64,000 nucleotides of DNA. Source: Cyanobacteria bacterium P01_F01_bin.150. Lineage in GTDB: Bacteria > Cyanobacteriota > Cyanobacteriia > CAKZMO01. Below are positions 1 to 11,293 of this stretch, piece after piece; position 1 is the first letter of the stretch; each line of letters begins with the position of its first letter. A model generated the notes under the pieces. The model had not been told where the DNA came from, made no database searches, and saw only the letters and a program-made list of their open reading frames with translations. The stretch is from positions 1 through 64,000 of the forward strand of contig JBCCYL010000003.1 in assembly GCA_039189765.1 (NCBI GenBank). Direction: 5' to 3'. Both the position numbers and the translations under genes were made by a program.

Positions 1-146
1 CCCCCCACCCGTTAATTACAACAACATATAACAACCCAAACCTTATATTCTGTGTGGGGGCCCCCCGCCCCCCCCCCCCCACACCTCCTAAAAAGTCCGG
101 CATCTGGCCGTGCAGAGGATATTGAAGGTTAGATTTCATATGGTCT

Positions 147-875
147 ATGACTCTTTCTACGCCTAATCGTCAGCGACAATTAAACAAATTTGTGTCGAAA
201 TTGGGACTTGCAGACCTATCTGCCATTGACTGGGCCTTGCTTGATCGCGCTTTAACCCACCCTACATTCTCCTCGAACCACTATGAACAATTGGAGTTTG
301 TTGGAGATGCTGTGCTGCGATTGGTCGCGTCTGAAGTTTTACTAAACGCCTACCCTCATATGGCTGAAGGCGAATTATCGGAGATTCGCGCAGTGGTGGT
401 AAGCGATCGCATCTTGGCCCAAATTGCCACTCGTTATGGTCTCGACCGCTACATTTTGATGGGAGCGAGTGCTCGATGTGACACAGTTGGCCAAGAAACC
501 CGATTAGCCGCAGCATTTGAAGCAGTGTTAGCGGCACTTTATCTGAGTACCCGTGATTTTTCCCTTCTTGATAGTTGGTTTAATGATTGTCTCCGGACTT
601 TTGCGGATACCGTTCAGCATGATCCAGCGTTACAAAATTACAAAGGGGCTTTACAGCAACTCACCCAAGCCCACTATTGCCAATTGCCAGAATATCAAGT
701 GTCAGAAGTCGGAACAAACCATGGCGATAAAGAACGGTTTCTGGCGGAGGTATGGTTGCGGGGAAAGCTGTGGGGGCAAGGCAAAGGACAATCTAAAAAA
801 GCCGCAGAACAGGTTGCAGCTCGGGTTGCTTTTATGGCGTTGCAGAAGGTAACGTCTCCAGAATCATCTGACTGA
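147..875 (+). CDS. rnc: Ribonuclease III
   Basis: RNase III signature EQLEFVGDAVL, AFEAVLAALYL helix, C-terminal dsRBD (NYKGALQQLTQ...GQGKGQSKKAAEQ). Confidence 0.95.
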   Translation: MTLSTPNRQRQLNKFVSKLGLADLSAIDWALLDRALTHPTFSSNHYEQLEFVGDAVLRLVASEVLLNAYPHMAEGELSEIRAVVVSDRILAQIATRYGLDRYILMGASARCDTVGQETRLAAAFEAVLAALYLSTRDFSLLDSWFNDCLRTFADTVQHDPALQNYKGALQQLTQAHYCQLPEYQVSEVGTNHGDKERFLAEVWLRGKLWGQGKGQSKKAAEQVAARVAFMALQKVTSPESSD

Positions 876-946
876 GAAGGTTCTGTCCTGTCGCGAAATG
901 GTTTTGTTAGCCTCGTTCAACATCACAATGCGTAAGGATTAAGGCA

Positions 947-2026
947 ATGCATACTCAGCTAGTGGAGAAGACAACCGGGATTGCAGTGGTTGGTGCTGGA
1001 CGTTGGGGCAATCATCTTGTCCGTAATTTCTTAAACCACCCCAACGCTGGTCTATTGGCAGTGGTGGATCTGCATGGCAATCGCCTCCAATCCTTGGGAC
1101 AGCGATATCAGTTGGCTTCAACCCAACTAGTTGATGCAAATCAATGGGATACTCTGCTAAATCGAGAAGATATTGAGGCAGTGGCGATCGCCACCCCGGC
1201 CTCAACTCATTATGAATTAATCAAATCAGCATTACGCCATGGCAAACATGTTTTTGTCGAGAAGCCGATTACCGTTGATGCCAAAGATGCTATTGAGCTT
1301 TGTGAGCTTGCCCATGCAATGAATCGTCAATTAATAGTAGATCATACTTATCTCTTCAATGCCGCCGTAGATGCGGGACAACAATGGATAAAGCAACGTA
1401 AATTAGGTCCCCTGCGCTATGGTTATGCTACCCGTACACATCTTGGTCCCATTCGCCAAGACGTTGATGCTTTGTGGGATTTAGCCATTCATGATATTTC
1501 TATTTTCTCCCATTGGCTCCAAGAGTTTCCCTGCCATGTACAAGCCAATGGGAAAATCTGGCTTCAGCCTATTAGAAAGAACCATCATGCTAATATCTGT
1601 AACCCTATGCTTTTTCCCAGGGGCCTGTCTGACCAGGTATGGGTTACACTACGATATCCCAGCGGGATTGAAGTATGCATTCATCTATGCTGGGCAAATC
1701 CAGATAAACAACGTCGTTTATGTCTTGTTGGCGACCAGGGAACTCTAATTTTTGATGAGTTACACCCGCAGCCTTTACGAGCGCAACCAGGACTCTTACA
1801 GCGGGACCATTACAGTTTTACTCCACAGACCAGTGAACCCATATCCATTCCCATTGAAGCTTCAGAGCCACTTTATAGTGCCTGTGACCATTTTCTCAAA
1901 TGTGTGAACAACAACCAGCCTTCTCATATTTCTTCTGGTCGATTAGGCGCAAAATTTGTTGAGACGTTACAGGCGATAACAGAGTCTCTCAACCAAGGGG
2001 GAACGCCTGTCTTCCTCAATGCTTAA
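947..2026 (+). CDS. Gfo/Idh/MocA family NAD(P)-dependent oxidoreductase
   Basis: Rossmann GAGRWG, KHVFVEKP, DLAIHDI motifs. Confidence 0.9.
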   Translation: MHTQLVEKTTGIAVVGAGRWGNHLVRNFLNHPNAGLLAVVDLHGNRLQSLGQRYQLASTQLVDANQWDTLLNREDIEAVAIATPASTHYELIKSALRHGKHVFVEKPITVDAKDAIELCELAHAMNRQLIVDHTYLFNAAVDAGQQWIKQRKLGPLRYGYATRTHLGPIRQDVDALWDLAIHDISIFSHWLQEFPCHVQANGKIWLQPIRKNHHANICNPMLFPRGLSDQVWVTLRYPSGIEVCIHLCWANPDKQRRLCLVGDQGTLIFDELHPQPLRAQPGLLQRDHYSFTPQTSEPISIPIEASEPLYSACDHFLKCVNNNQPSHISSGRLGAKFVETLQAITESLNQGGTPVFLNA

Positions 2027-2069
2027 AATACGGCTGTTTAGCCGCATCCTGACTTCAATAGAAACATGG

Positions 2070-4022
2070 TTAACTGCGAATATCAGCAATAATTTCAGCC
2101 TTTTCCGAATTGACAGGCATGCCTTGGATGTTTGCTCTATACCGCAATGGAGATAAGAAGAGTTGAATTCCCTTTTCTTGACACGTTTGATGCAGCTTTG
2201 TCAGTGCTACTTGAGTATCATTCTGGTCAAAGGACTGAATCCATCCATCAAAGCCCAGAAATGCAAGGCGATAAACTGCTTCTTTGGAGAAGTGTCCTTC
2301 AAAATACCCCCCATGTACATCTGTTGAGCCATCGCTGTAGTCTTTTATTAATTCTAAATAGTCCAGAAACGACAGAGAAGACTTGCGCTTGGCTCGACTA
2401 AGGACACCCACCTGCGCATTTGGACTACGATCTGTGATGTCTTCATAGTCTGTACAGTCAAAAAAAGTAAACAGATCCGCAATGGTGCATTGCTCTCCGC
2501 CTACTGCCCTTTTGTTTTCCGTTTCTCCCTGCTCTTTAAATAATGTAGCCAGTGATAAAGGGGTATTCGAGCTATCGATTCCTTGTTTTGAGTCATTAAT
2601 ATTGGTGATGAATAGTCTTTCTAGAATATTGTCAGGATCTGCATGAATTGCTTTGGCAAGAGGCACAGAAGACGGTTCGTAATATTTGGTAAGGCTGTTT
2701 AAGTTGACTAAGCCATAATCGGTCTGCTCTGAAGAGATCTGGCCGTCAAAATTCCTGGGGCGAATGGCGACGTTGCCTAGACGATAACCACGACTACGAG
2801 TTGCACTGGGAAAGGTAAAGTAGTTGGCTGCTGTGGAAGCAATCCGTAGGGCGATATCTCCCTCACTACTGAATAAGTAAGTTTCGGTAAAACGGCGTAA
2901 GGATGACGACAGAAAATTGGCTCGATTGGAGACAATCGTTAGGATTGGAATATCAGGAGACGCTAAAATCAATCTCTCCAGCTGGAAAACGTATCCAATT
3001 GAAGCAGAAGGTTGTTTTGCAATTGAACGGGTATCAAATACATCTGAAAGAATTCGAACTGTATTTGTGACGACTAGGCCCCCCATGCTGTGACCGATAA
3101 ATGTTAGCTTGATCTTCTTGGCCCGTTGTCGATCCCAGTAATCAACGGCTTCTTGAAATGTTTGGTCTTTGGATAATGCGGGTTTCTCTTGTTCGATATC
3201 TTGGGCCGTGCGCTGAATAATGGCGTTGTCTAATTTGCGTAGTAGCTCAACTAAGTCAGGTACGCCGAAGTTGGTCGCTCGATACACATCTCGGAAATAC
3301 ACGACTAGCCGCAAAATCACCAGGGTAATCACTATGGTGGATGAAAAGATAGACAATACTAAGCCTAGGAGAAATATAGAATCTACCCAGTCGTTGCCTG
3401 AGAGCAACATGCAGCTTAACATCACTAAGCTAAAAATAAATCCCACTCGTAGGAAAATTCGAGGTGAAACAGGCAACGCTAGAATGGCGTTGATAATACC
3501 CGAAAGGCTAGCCAATTGAATGTTCTCAGATGACCAGCGATATCCTAGAAATACGACATTGCGTTTGTTTTTAATGTGGGAATCGACTCGGTTTACATGG
3601 GTAAAAATATTTTTAAACCAGTCTTCAACACTTGCTTGACTGGTGTTGTATCCATGGATAGTCACTACTAATTCAGGGTTCTCATTGCTATCAAATTCTT
3701 CACTCATGTCGTAAATTCTCTGGGCAATGTGGGCGATCGCCTCATATCCACAGCAGATGTCTTTATCCATGCCCATAGGATTGTCTTCGATATTGGCTGG
3801 AGCGGTACTCATGGCAAAGTAGCCAGGAATATTTGCCGGAAATGGATCGGCTGCCTTCACATCTGCCAACTCTACTTCATCATGCTGTTTTTTAGATGGT
3901 GCTTCAGTATTTTGCATCCGTGCTCCAGTTAGTGGCGCTTTGATCACGGATTGAGACGCTTGAGACGCTTTGACATCCTTGGTAAAAATCAATTTCTGAA
4001 TTGTAAATGGCGCATGATCCAT
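2070..4022 (-). CDS. Alpha/beta hydrolase (DUF900-like) with two internal TM helices
   Basis: TIHGYN oxyanion motif, GHSMGG nucleophile elbow, LILASPD, late HGGYF; hydrophobic stretch at aa ~190-240. Confidence 0.75.
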   Translation of the reverse strand: MDHAPFTIQKLIFTKDVKASQASQSVIKAPLTGARMQNTEAPSKKQHDEVELADVKAADPFPANIPGYFAMSTAPANIEDNPMGMDKDICCGYEAIAHIAQRIYDMSEEFDSNENPELVVTIHGYNTSQASVEDWFKNIFTHVNRVDSHIKNKRNVVFLGYRWSSENIQLASLSGIINAILALPVSPRIFLRVGFIFSLVMLSCMLLSGNDWVDSIFLLGLVLSIFSSTIVITLVILRLVVYFRDVYRATNFGVPDLVELLRKLDNAIIQRTAQDIEQEKPALSKDQTFQEAVDYWDRQRAKKIKLTFIGHSMGGLVVTNTVRILSDVFDTRSIAKQPSASIGYVFQLERLILASPDIPILTIVSNRANFLSSSLRRFTETYLFSSEGDIALRIASTAANYFTFPSATRSRGYRLGNVAIRPRNFDGQISSEQTDYGLVNLNSLTKYYEPSSVPLAKAIHADPDNILERLFITNINDSKQGIDSSNTPLSLATLFKEQGETENKRAVGGEQCTIADLFTFFDCTDYEDITDRSPNAQVGVLSRAKRKSSLSFLDYLELIKDYSDGSTDVHGGYFEGHFSKEAVYRLAFLGFDGWIQSFDQNDTQVALTKLHQTCQEKGIQLFLSPLRYRANIQGMPVNSEKAEIIADIRS

Positions 4023-4168
4023 AGGGCTCGTCTCCCATTAACTGCTTCGAACACTTCTAGACTTCAGTGTTGCAAATACATTTCTCGGAATTTCTTCGCT
4101 ATTATCCTTAAATGAAACTTCATCCAGCGCTTATGATAAAGGGTGGATTGTAAACTCTTCAAAACAAA

Positions 4169-5047
4169 GTGATCACTAAAACATCAAAACCCGATTGGCT
4201 ACGAGTCAAAGCACCTCAATGGGAAAGGGTTGGAGCCGTTAAAGAAACTTTGAGAGGGCTATCACTCAACACCGTATGTGAAGAAGCCTCCTGTCCTAAT
4301 ATTGGCGAATGTTTCAATAGTGGGACAGCCACTTTTCTAATCATGGGGCCAGCCTGCACTAGGGCCTGTCCTTACTGCGATATTGATTTTGCCAGAACGC
4401 CCAAACCGTTAGACCCTACAGAACCCACTCGCCTTGCAGAAGCAGTACGACGCATGGGCCTAAACCATGTGGTCATTACCTCTGTTAACCGAGATGATCT
4501 GGAAGATGGTGGAGCGAGTCAATTTGTTGCATGTATTGAATCTGTCAGAGCTGTATCTCCCCAGACTACTGTTGAAGTCTTGATTCCCGACCTATGCGGA
4601 AACTGGACCGCTCTGGAGATTATCCTTGCGGCCCGGCCAGAAGTGATGAACCATAATACGGAAACTATTCCTAGGCTATATCGTCGAACGCGTCCCCAAG
4701 GCAATTATCAACGGACAATGGAGTTAATCAGGCGATCCCGTGAGCTTATGCCCCAGGTATATACAAAATCAGGCTTAATGGTGGGATTAGGGGAAACAGA
4801 TGAAGAGATCCGCGAAGTGATGAGAGATTTACGAGCTGCTGATTGTGACATTCTCACCATAGGCCAATATCTTCAACCCACAGGGAAACATTTGATCGTT
4901 AAAGAGTTTATTACTCCCGAGCAGTTTGATTCCTGGCGTGAATATGGAGAGTCTATTGGTTTTCTTCAGGTTGTAGCGTCTCCCCTGACCCGTAGTTCTT
5001 ACCATGCTGAACAGGTGCGATCGCTAATGAAACAGTATCCACGCTGA
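4169..5047 (+). CDS. lipA: Lipoyl synthase
   Basis: [12 protein letters not shown] plus radical [12 protein letters not shown]-terminal RSSYHA. Confidence 0.97.
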   Translation: MITKTSKPDWLRVKAPQWERVGAVKETLRGLSLNTVCEEASCPNIGECFNSGTATFLIMGPACTRACPYCDIDFARTPKPLDPTEPTRLAEAVRRMGLNHVVITSVNRDDLEDGGASQFVACIESVRAVSPQTTVEVLIPDLCGNWTALEIILAARPEVMNHNTETIPRLYRRTRPQGNYQRTMELIRRSRELMPQVYTKSGLMVGLGETDEEIREVMRDLRAADCDILTIGQYLQPTGKHLIVKEFITPEQFDSWREYGESIGFLQVVASPLTRSSYHAEQVRSLMKQYPR

Positions 5048-5123
5048 TAACCCTATAAAGCTCATGCTGGGACCGCTTGAGCTATTTTATTTCGGATTTT
5101 TGGGGCTGGGATGAATACCCCCA

Positions 5124-5366
5124 CTAATCAGTCGTTAGTCGTTCGTTAATTCTTGGACCTGCCTCACTCATGATTAAATTTCCAATATGTTCTCGCAATA
5201 AGTAATCATATGACTCTAAAAGATGTTCAATTTGCCGCCACTCGTTATAAGAGAAGTGACGACACAGAGAATAAATAGGTTGTTGTCGGCTAACGACTCC
5301 CTTGAGGACTAAGGCTCGAACTTCATTTTGAATATCAGACATAGAATACTGACGAGTTTGAAGCAT
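5124..5366 (-). CDS. DUF4327 family cyanobacterial small protein
   Basis: YS..IQ.EVR.LV.KG.VSRQQPIY.LC...EW...LE.YDYLLR pattern. Confidence 0.8.
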   Translation of the reverse strand: MLQTRQYSMSDIQNEVRALVLKGVVSRQQPIYSLCRHFSYNEWRQIEHLLESYDYLLREHIGNLIMSEAGPRINERLTTD

Positions 5367-6209
5367 AGCTGTATCCCAGTGAATAATGAACTAAAGAAGA
5401 AAATAGAGAGTGACAAAAAGATCTATCTCTGAGGTTTTCTCAGAGATAAAGACTTCACATATTTATTTAGGTCATGAATTAAAGGTTGAGGTCAATGAAA
5501 GAATTAGCCCAGTGAAAAAGCATTGGATTTTAGACGTGATGAAAGCAGAAAACGTAAACGAATCCATAGGGAAAACTCTTTGGTGTGTTTGGAGCTACCC
5601 GAGCATGCAAAAATAGCGAGGATATTTAATCCATGACAGAAACGTTAGTGAAGAAGCTACTGTAGTTAATTAATATTATGGCCTAGCTTAATGAGACTAG
5701 GCATAAATGCCCATCAAAGAGTAGTGACGTATTATCCAGAATGGATGCTGTGATAGCCGTGCCAGTATTCTACGCTAACAGTTGACATCAACATAATTAC
5801 CAAACCCTAAAATGTTACAATACCAATTAAAAGTTAACTATATTTAAATATTCTTAGCGATTTGCTAGAGTTTGAATTATAGATGATTTCGGTCTCAGTC
5901 TTTAGAATTTTGGGCTGGTTGCTGGCTCTAATTATTGCTTAGGTACTGCGTTCATGTGTCGTTCGTACGGTAAGACCTAGATAGATTATTAATCAGAAAT
6001 TAGTAAAGATGATCGCTAAGGATTGATTTCCATCAATCTAGCAAAAAAAGAAAGCCTGTTTGGATGATCTGTCGTCATTTCTTCAAAACGTGTGATGTAA
6101 ATCTTTAGGTAAGGCTGAAAAACTATCCTTTGAAGCCATTCGGCTCACCTTTAAAGAGGCTGCGATCGCACCATATGCACCCCGTTTCAATAGGGGCGAT
6201 CGCACTTTA

Positions 6210-7115
6210 CTAGCTTGCTTGCTCTTTAATGCCTTTAAATCGACGATAGCCTGCTCCTGCCAAGCCAAACAGGGCTAAGCTCAGCATGGCAGAAGGTTCA
6301 GGCACATGGGCTAGATCACCTGCCAGGACAATACCATCGTTGTTGCATTCGGCAAATAAATGAGCAATAAATGATGTATCAGGTAGCACACTTCGATCAA
6401 CGCTAAATCCAATCGTTTCTGTACCCCGCGCCCCAAAATGTCCAAAATCTAGACCAAGATTTGATAAATTGCTGACCATCTCCACACCACCCAAGAAGTT
6501 GCCAGACTTAATATTCGTATAGCCATATGCTGATTTATTTAGTTTTTTACCACTATTATGGTTAAAATAGGCTGTCTTTGCGTTCAGATCACCAAATGAA
6601 GCATGGCCACCATACTTTTTATTCACCTTATTTCGATGGCTTTTAAGATTTGAGTAGCCATTATTTTTACGCATCAACCCCACACCGGTGACGTCAGAAT
6701 ATAAGCCTAAGCCAATCCCGTATTCGCTACTGTCATTTGCGTCTGAAAACCTAATACCGTATAAGTTCCCATTCTCCGCACTAACAGACGAAGAATCACC
6801 AAAGTTTAGAAATAGGTCGCCAAAGGCAATCGTTCCGTTTTTAGCACCGTTGGACGCTTCCCCATCGATTGAAAGGTTGCTGTTAACCGCAAAATAAACC
6901 TTGTCTTTAGTCTTTTTCATGGCCATGCCATAAAATTCATAAGCACTAGTATCTCCCACTCGCCCGGCCTGAGTTCCATCATTGAAGGAGTCAATTGAAT
7001 AGTTCCAACCATTATGTAGAGTGCCAGCCCATGCAGCTTGCCCCAATCCTGTGACAAAGGAGGTAATCAAACCTGCACTAATTGCTACTGTGGGGAGAAT
7101 CGATCGTTTCATCAA
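6210..7115 (-). CDS. PEP-CTERM sorted surface protein
   Basis: Signal peptide; C-terminal VPEPS + TM helix + basic tail; AECNND motif before the sorting signal. Confidence 0.9.
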   Translation of the reverse strand: MMKRSILPTVAISAGLITSFVTGLGQAAWAGTLHNGWNYSIDSFNDGTQAGRVGDTSAYEFYGMAMKKTKDKVYFAVNSNLSIDGEASNGAKNGTIAFGDLFLNFGDSSSVSAENGNLYGIRFSDANDSSEYGIGLGLYSDVTGVGLMRKNNGYSNLKSHRNKVNKKYGGHASFGDLNAKTAYFNHNSGKKLNKSAYGYTNIKSGNFLGGVEMVSNLSNLGLDFGHFGARGTETIGFSVDRSVLPDTSFIAHLFAECNNDGIVLAGDLAHVPEPSAMLSLALFGLAGAGYRRFKGIKEQAS

Positions 7116-7777
7116 ACTTACTCCTAAGCTTAGTTAATTAGCGATACTGCTTTGTATGCATGTATAAGAATTTACTTTTCCGGTGTGGAAAATGTCTCCG
7201 TAAATCTGTCATATTTATCAAAATTTGCCTCAAAGTTAAATCTACTGGTTCAGAACTTTAAGACTATATAGAACTGATATGAATCACAAGCTTAGCTATT
7301 CGTAGAAGGGCTTTTATTTATCAGAAGATCATTTGTCAATGATTCTGCTGAAATCATTGCTGTAAAATAGTTGTAGAGACTTTATAGCCATTTCAGGTAT
7401 CATCTTTTATTTTGGTAAAATCAATTTTCAAGTCAATAAATAAATGTAATCCGCTGAATGGCGGAAAGATGATAACGTAATTTTACGGAATTAATGAGAA
7501 TAAAAGTTATCGCTGGTAGATGGGGTAATGATAAATATCTAGATTCTTTTCTGGACCCTAATTAATAAAGATACTCCTATTGTCCATGCTAATAAAAAAC
7601 TAAAATGTTGGGCTTGCTTGCTTACCAAGCCTCATTGATTGTTTGTTCTACGAGGACGACTTTACGGTTGTCAGTCATTTATTGGTTTGTTAGCGTAGTG
7701 GCCTTCACCTGGGAAATGTCTCCCTCGTGGAGAACCCCGTAGTTAATCACGATGCCGTGTAATGGTGGAGCGTCTCA

Positions 7778-8182
7778 ATGGTAATAAAAGGGAAAAGATG
7801 GCATTTGGGTGTCTTCTTAGGAACCGGCATGCTTACTGTTTTGTCTACTAATTCAGCGGCGATTGCCCGCGACAATGGTGCTGGAATTGGATATTCGTCC
7901 AGCCGCGATGTATCTTACTGTTCAACTTCTCTTACTGCTAGGGAATTGGATGCCCAAATTAATATTCGTCATGGGCCAGGAACGGCCTACGACGCTGAGC
8001 ATTATGGCCTTGTTGATGATTGGGTGGATATTCTTAACCAGAATGGCAATCCTAATGCTTGGATGTCTGGTTTTGATAATGAGGGCTATAGCTGGTATCA
8101 GATTGGCTTTCCAGCAAGTCGAGCTTATGGCTGGGTAAGGGAGGACTTTTTAAGCTTGCCGCCAGATGAATGTCGTAACTAA
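7778..8182 (+). CDS. Secreted bacterial SH3-domain protein
   Basis: Signal peptide; INIRHGPGT...WYQI...GWVREDF SH3b pattern. Confidence 0.8.
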   Translation: MVIKGKRWHLGVFLGTGMLTVLSTNSAAIARDNGAGIGYSSSRDVSYCSTSLTARELDAQINIRHGPGTAYDAEHYGLVDDWVDILNQNGNPNAWMSGFDNEGYSWYQIGFPASRAYGWVREDFLSLPPDECRN

Positions 8183-8204
8183 ATTAGGGACCAAAACATG
8201 GAAA

Positions 8205-8243
8205 TAAATAACCCAGGGTTCCTCAAGAGCCCTGGGTTATTTA
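8205..8243. terminator. Bidirectional terminator-like hairpin between convergent genes
   Basis: taaataacccaggg...ccctgggttattta inverted repeat. Confidence 0.7.
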
Positions 8244-8276
8244 CATGCCTCAATTTCTAGCATTGAGCTTAATGAA

Positions 8277-9260
8277 TTAGCTTGCTAAATAGCCCTGCAT
8301 CATTGCTTTATGACGGCGAAGATGCTCAAGGGCTTGTCGTTCTAGTTGACGGACTCGCTCACGGCTAATATTCATGCGCAGGCCAACTTTAGCGAGGGAT
8401 AGTTCACAACCGTCGTTGAGGCCAAATCGAAGATTCAGAACTTCCTGCTGTTGAGGCGTGAGTTGACTCATCAAATTTTTCAAGTCCTGCTTAAGTAATT
8501 GATGAGTTGCATAACGCTCGGGAGATGCGTCTTCATCTTCTAGCAAATCTTGCAGCTCAGTATCTTGATTATCTCCAACCCTCATATCTAAAGAGATGGG
8601 CTGACGCGACATCACTAAATAATCTCTAATTTGAGAAGGCTCTAAACCCAGTTCTTCTGCAATTTCAGCAGGTTTTGGACTGCGCCCCAACGTTTGAGCT
8701 AATTCTCGCTGAGTTTTCTTTATTTTATTGAGTTTCTCCGTGATATGAATGGGTAGACGAATGGTTCGAGATTGTTGAGCGATCGCTCGGGTAATGGCCT
8801 GTCGGATCCACCAATACGCATAGGTTGAAAACTTATAGCCTCGCATGGGGTCAAATTTTTCAACGCCCCGCTCTAGTCCCAATGTCCCTTCTTGAATAAG
8901 GTCTAAAAACTCAAGATTTCGCTTCTGATATTTTTTGGCGATCGCCACTACCAGACGCAAATTTGCCTCAATCATTTTCTTTTTCGCACGTTGACCCTGC
9001 TGAAGAATATCCTTTAGTTTCGCCTCACTAACTTCAGCATGGGTAGCCCATTCTGAATCTGAAATATCTCGCTCTAAATCTTGAGCTAAAGCCTCTTTAA
9101 GCTCAAGCAGTGGCATCATCTGTTGAACCTGTTTTCCGTAGATAATTTCCTGCTCATGGGTGAGCAATGGAACCCGACCAATCTCATGGAGATAGGTTCG
9201 GACCATATCAACAGTAAACAAACGTTGTGTGGGTTGAGTGTTGGCTTGTACGGTATACAT
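8277..9260 (-). CDS. sigB: Group 2 RNA polymerase sigma factor (SigB-like)
   Basis: DMVRTYLHEIGRVPLL (region 1.2), ANLRLVV, KFSTYAYWWIRQ, SRERVRQLE; start moved to in-frame ATG at 9260; paralog identity tentative. Confidence 0.85.
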   Translation of the reverse strand: MYTVQANTQPTQRLFTVDMVRTYLHEIGRVPLLTHEQEIIYGKQVQQMMPLLELKEALAQDLERDISDSEWATHAEVSEAKLKDILQQGQRAKKKMIEANLRLVVAIAKKYQKRNLEFLDLIQEGTLGLERGVEKFDPMRGYKFSTYAYWWIRQAITRAIAQQSRTIRLPIHITEKLNKIKKTQRELAQTLGRSPKPAEIAEELGLEPSQIRDYLVMSRQPISLDMRVGDNQDTELQDLLEDEDASPERYATHQLLKQDLKNLMSQLTPQQQEVLNLRFGLNDGCELSLAKVGLRMNISRERVRQLERQALEHLRRHKAMMQGYLAS

Positions 9261-10100
9261 AAGCGTTACGAGGAATCTCGTTGGAGATAGATTAAGTTGG
9301 AAAACGATATGAACTATCAGTTTCCACAAATGGATCAATTAAGGACGAACTAAATCAAGTATCAGCAAAGCCAGGGAATGAAAGATTAAACCAGGATGAG
9401 CGTATGTAAATTTTCTACTATGAATTTCTGCTTTTTAAGAATTCGATTCTCATAAAGAATATAAGTTGATAGTCTGCAATTTACAGTTATCCTGAAAACA
9501 TTAAGCATGAAATATTGTTTAATACCTCATGCAAGGATAGGCAAGTAGATGAGGTGAATGCAAAAACGTAGGATGCTTTTAAAATTTTGTCCCTGCCACT
9601 ATAAAAAAAAATAGGCTACTTGAATTCCTCCGAATGGGTGAATTTTTCTAGAGTCCCCGTAACTTTTTATCAAAGCAAGAGACAGAAACATTCCTTCTCC
9701 ATGATGTGAGGAATCGTTGAAATTTGGTAGTAGTCAGTAGGGGCAGATAACCGAACGATCGTAAGGAGGTTTCACGACCCGAGACTATTTTTATCAAAAT
9801 ATAGATTTCTGAGCTGGCTATTCAAGTTCTAATCTCCATTTCTCGCAACTCTGGCGGTATATTCTATGTCGAAAATTTACAGAAAAAGTTCCGGATTAAG
9901 GGTTTTAGGTGAATATAAAGCGGCTTTTTTGATACTAGGTGGTAGAGCAGTTTGTGGCTCGTTATTTTTTTGAATCTTTGGCAGATTTAGCTCTGCTCTT
10001 ATTAGGATTCAGCATTAGCGGCTAAATATAAGGTAGCTAGCGTCTCCATCAAGCTTGTAAACTATAGAACGGTTAAATCTATCCAAATTAGCAATCAATC

Positions 10101-11192
10101 ATGCTCAGAGCTGGTATTGTCGGTCTTCCCAACGTCGGAAAATCAACCCTATTTAACGCGGTTGTGGCAAATGCAAAAGCCCAAGCCGCCAACTTTCCAT
10201 TTTGTACTATTGAACCTAATGTTGGTGTGGTTGCAGTGCCAGATGCCCGATTACAGATTCTCTCTGATATTTCCTCTTCAGCGGAAATTGTGCCTGCTCG
10301 GGTAGAGTTTGTGGATATTGCTGGTTTAGTAAGAGGGGCCAGTAAAGGAGAAGGGCTGGGCAACCAGTTTTTGGCAAACATCCGTGAGGTTGATGCCATT
10401 GTTCATGTCGTACGGTGTTTTGAAAACGACGATATTATTCATGTGGATGGTTCTATTGATCCGGCGCGCGATATCGAAGTGATTAATTTAGAGCTGGCCC
10501 TATCTGATCTGGCTCAGATTGAGCGCCGCATTGAGCGAATCAAGAAACAGGCACGCACCAGCAAAGAGTATCAGGCTGAGAAAGAGCTGCTAGAACGATT
10601 TATCCCGGTGCTAGATGGTGGCGGTACGGCGCGCCAGGTTGAGCTAACAGAGGAAGATGAGCTGATTATCAAATCATTGGGACTGTTGACTCGTAAGCCA
10701 ATTATCTACGCCGCCAATGTCTCCGATGATGATTTAGCCACTGGCAATAAGTGGGTGGAACAAGTGCGAGAAATTGCTAAGCAAGATAATGCCGAAGTCA
10801 TTGTCGTCTCGGCTCAAGTTGAATCTGAACTGATTGAGCTATCGGAAGATGAGCAGAAGGATTTCCTTGAAGCATTAGGGGTTGAAGAAGGGGGATTGCG
10901 ATCGCTTATTCGCGCTACTTATGCCCTCCTTGGCCTACAGACTTACTTTACCACTGGTCCCAAGGAAACCCGAGCTTGGACCATCCGTACAGGTATGTCT
11001 GCACCCCAAGCGGCTGGAGTGATCCACTCTGACTTTGAGCGTAACTTTATTCGTGCTGAAACCGTATCGTATGAAGACTTGGTTTCGGCTGGGAATATGG
11101 CCACAGCCAAAGCCAATGGGAAGGTTCGCAGTGAAGGAAAGGATTACGTCGTCGCTGAAGGTGATGTTCTTCTGTTTCGCACTAGTGCATAG
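10101..11192 (+). CDS. ychF: Redox-regulated ATPase YchF
   Basis: [29 protein letters not shown]-terminus. Confidence 0.97.
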   Translation: MLRAGIVGLPNVGKSTLFNAVVANAKAQAANFPFCTIEPNVGVVAVPDARLQILSDISSSAEIVPARVEFVDIAGLVRGASKGEGLGNQFLANIREVDAIVHVVRCFENDDIIHVDGSIDPARDIEVINLELALSDLAQIERRIERIKKQARTSKEYQAEKELLERFIPVLDGGGTARQVELTEEDELIIKSLGLLTRKPIIYAANVSDDDLATGNKWVEQVREIAKQDNAEVIVVSAQVESELIELSEDEQKDFLEALGVEEGGLRSLIRATYALLGLQTYFTTGPKETRAWTIRTGMSAPQAAGVIHSDFERNFIRAETVSYEDLVSAGNMATAKANGKVRSEGKDYVVAEGDVLLFRTSA

Positions 11193-11211
11193 TACCGCGT
11201 CAGCTTTATTT

Positions 11212-11244
11212 TGAGGGGAAAATCCCATAGGGATTTTCCCCTCA
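11212..11244. terminator. Terminator hairpin after ychF
   Basis: Perfect 15-bp stem tgaggggaaaatccc/gggattttcccctca, 3-nt loop, T-rich tail. Confidence 0.75.
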
Positions 11245-11293
11245 TTTATTGTTTGACAGAGTAATAGTGCCCCATGTGCTGAGCGTCTAATTG

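Noticed and set aside
1..100. C-rich low-complexity start, possibly a garbled hairpin (tgtgtggggg...ccccacac)
   Set aside because: Long C runs at the window edge look like low-quality sequence; not interpretable
5410..5616. 68-aa ORF divergent from the DUF4327 gene
   Set aside because: GTG start, no recognisable motif, lies in a probable regulatory region
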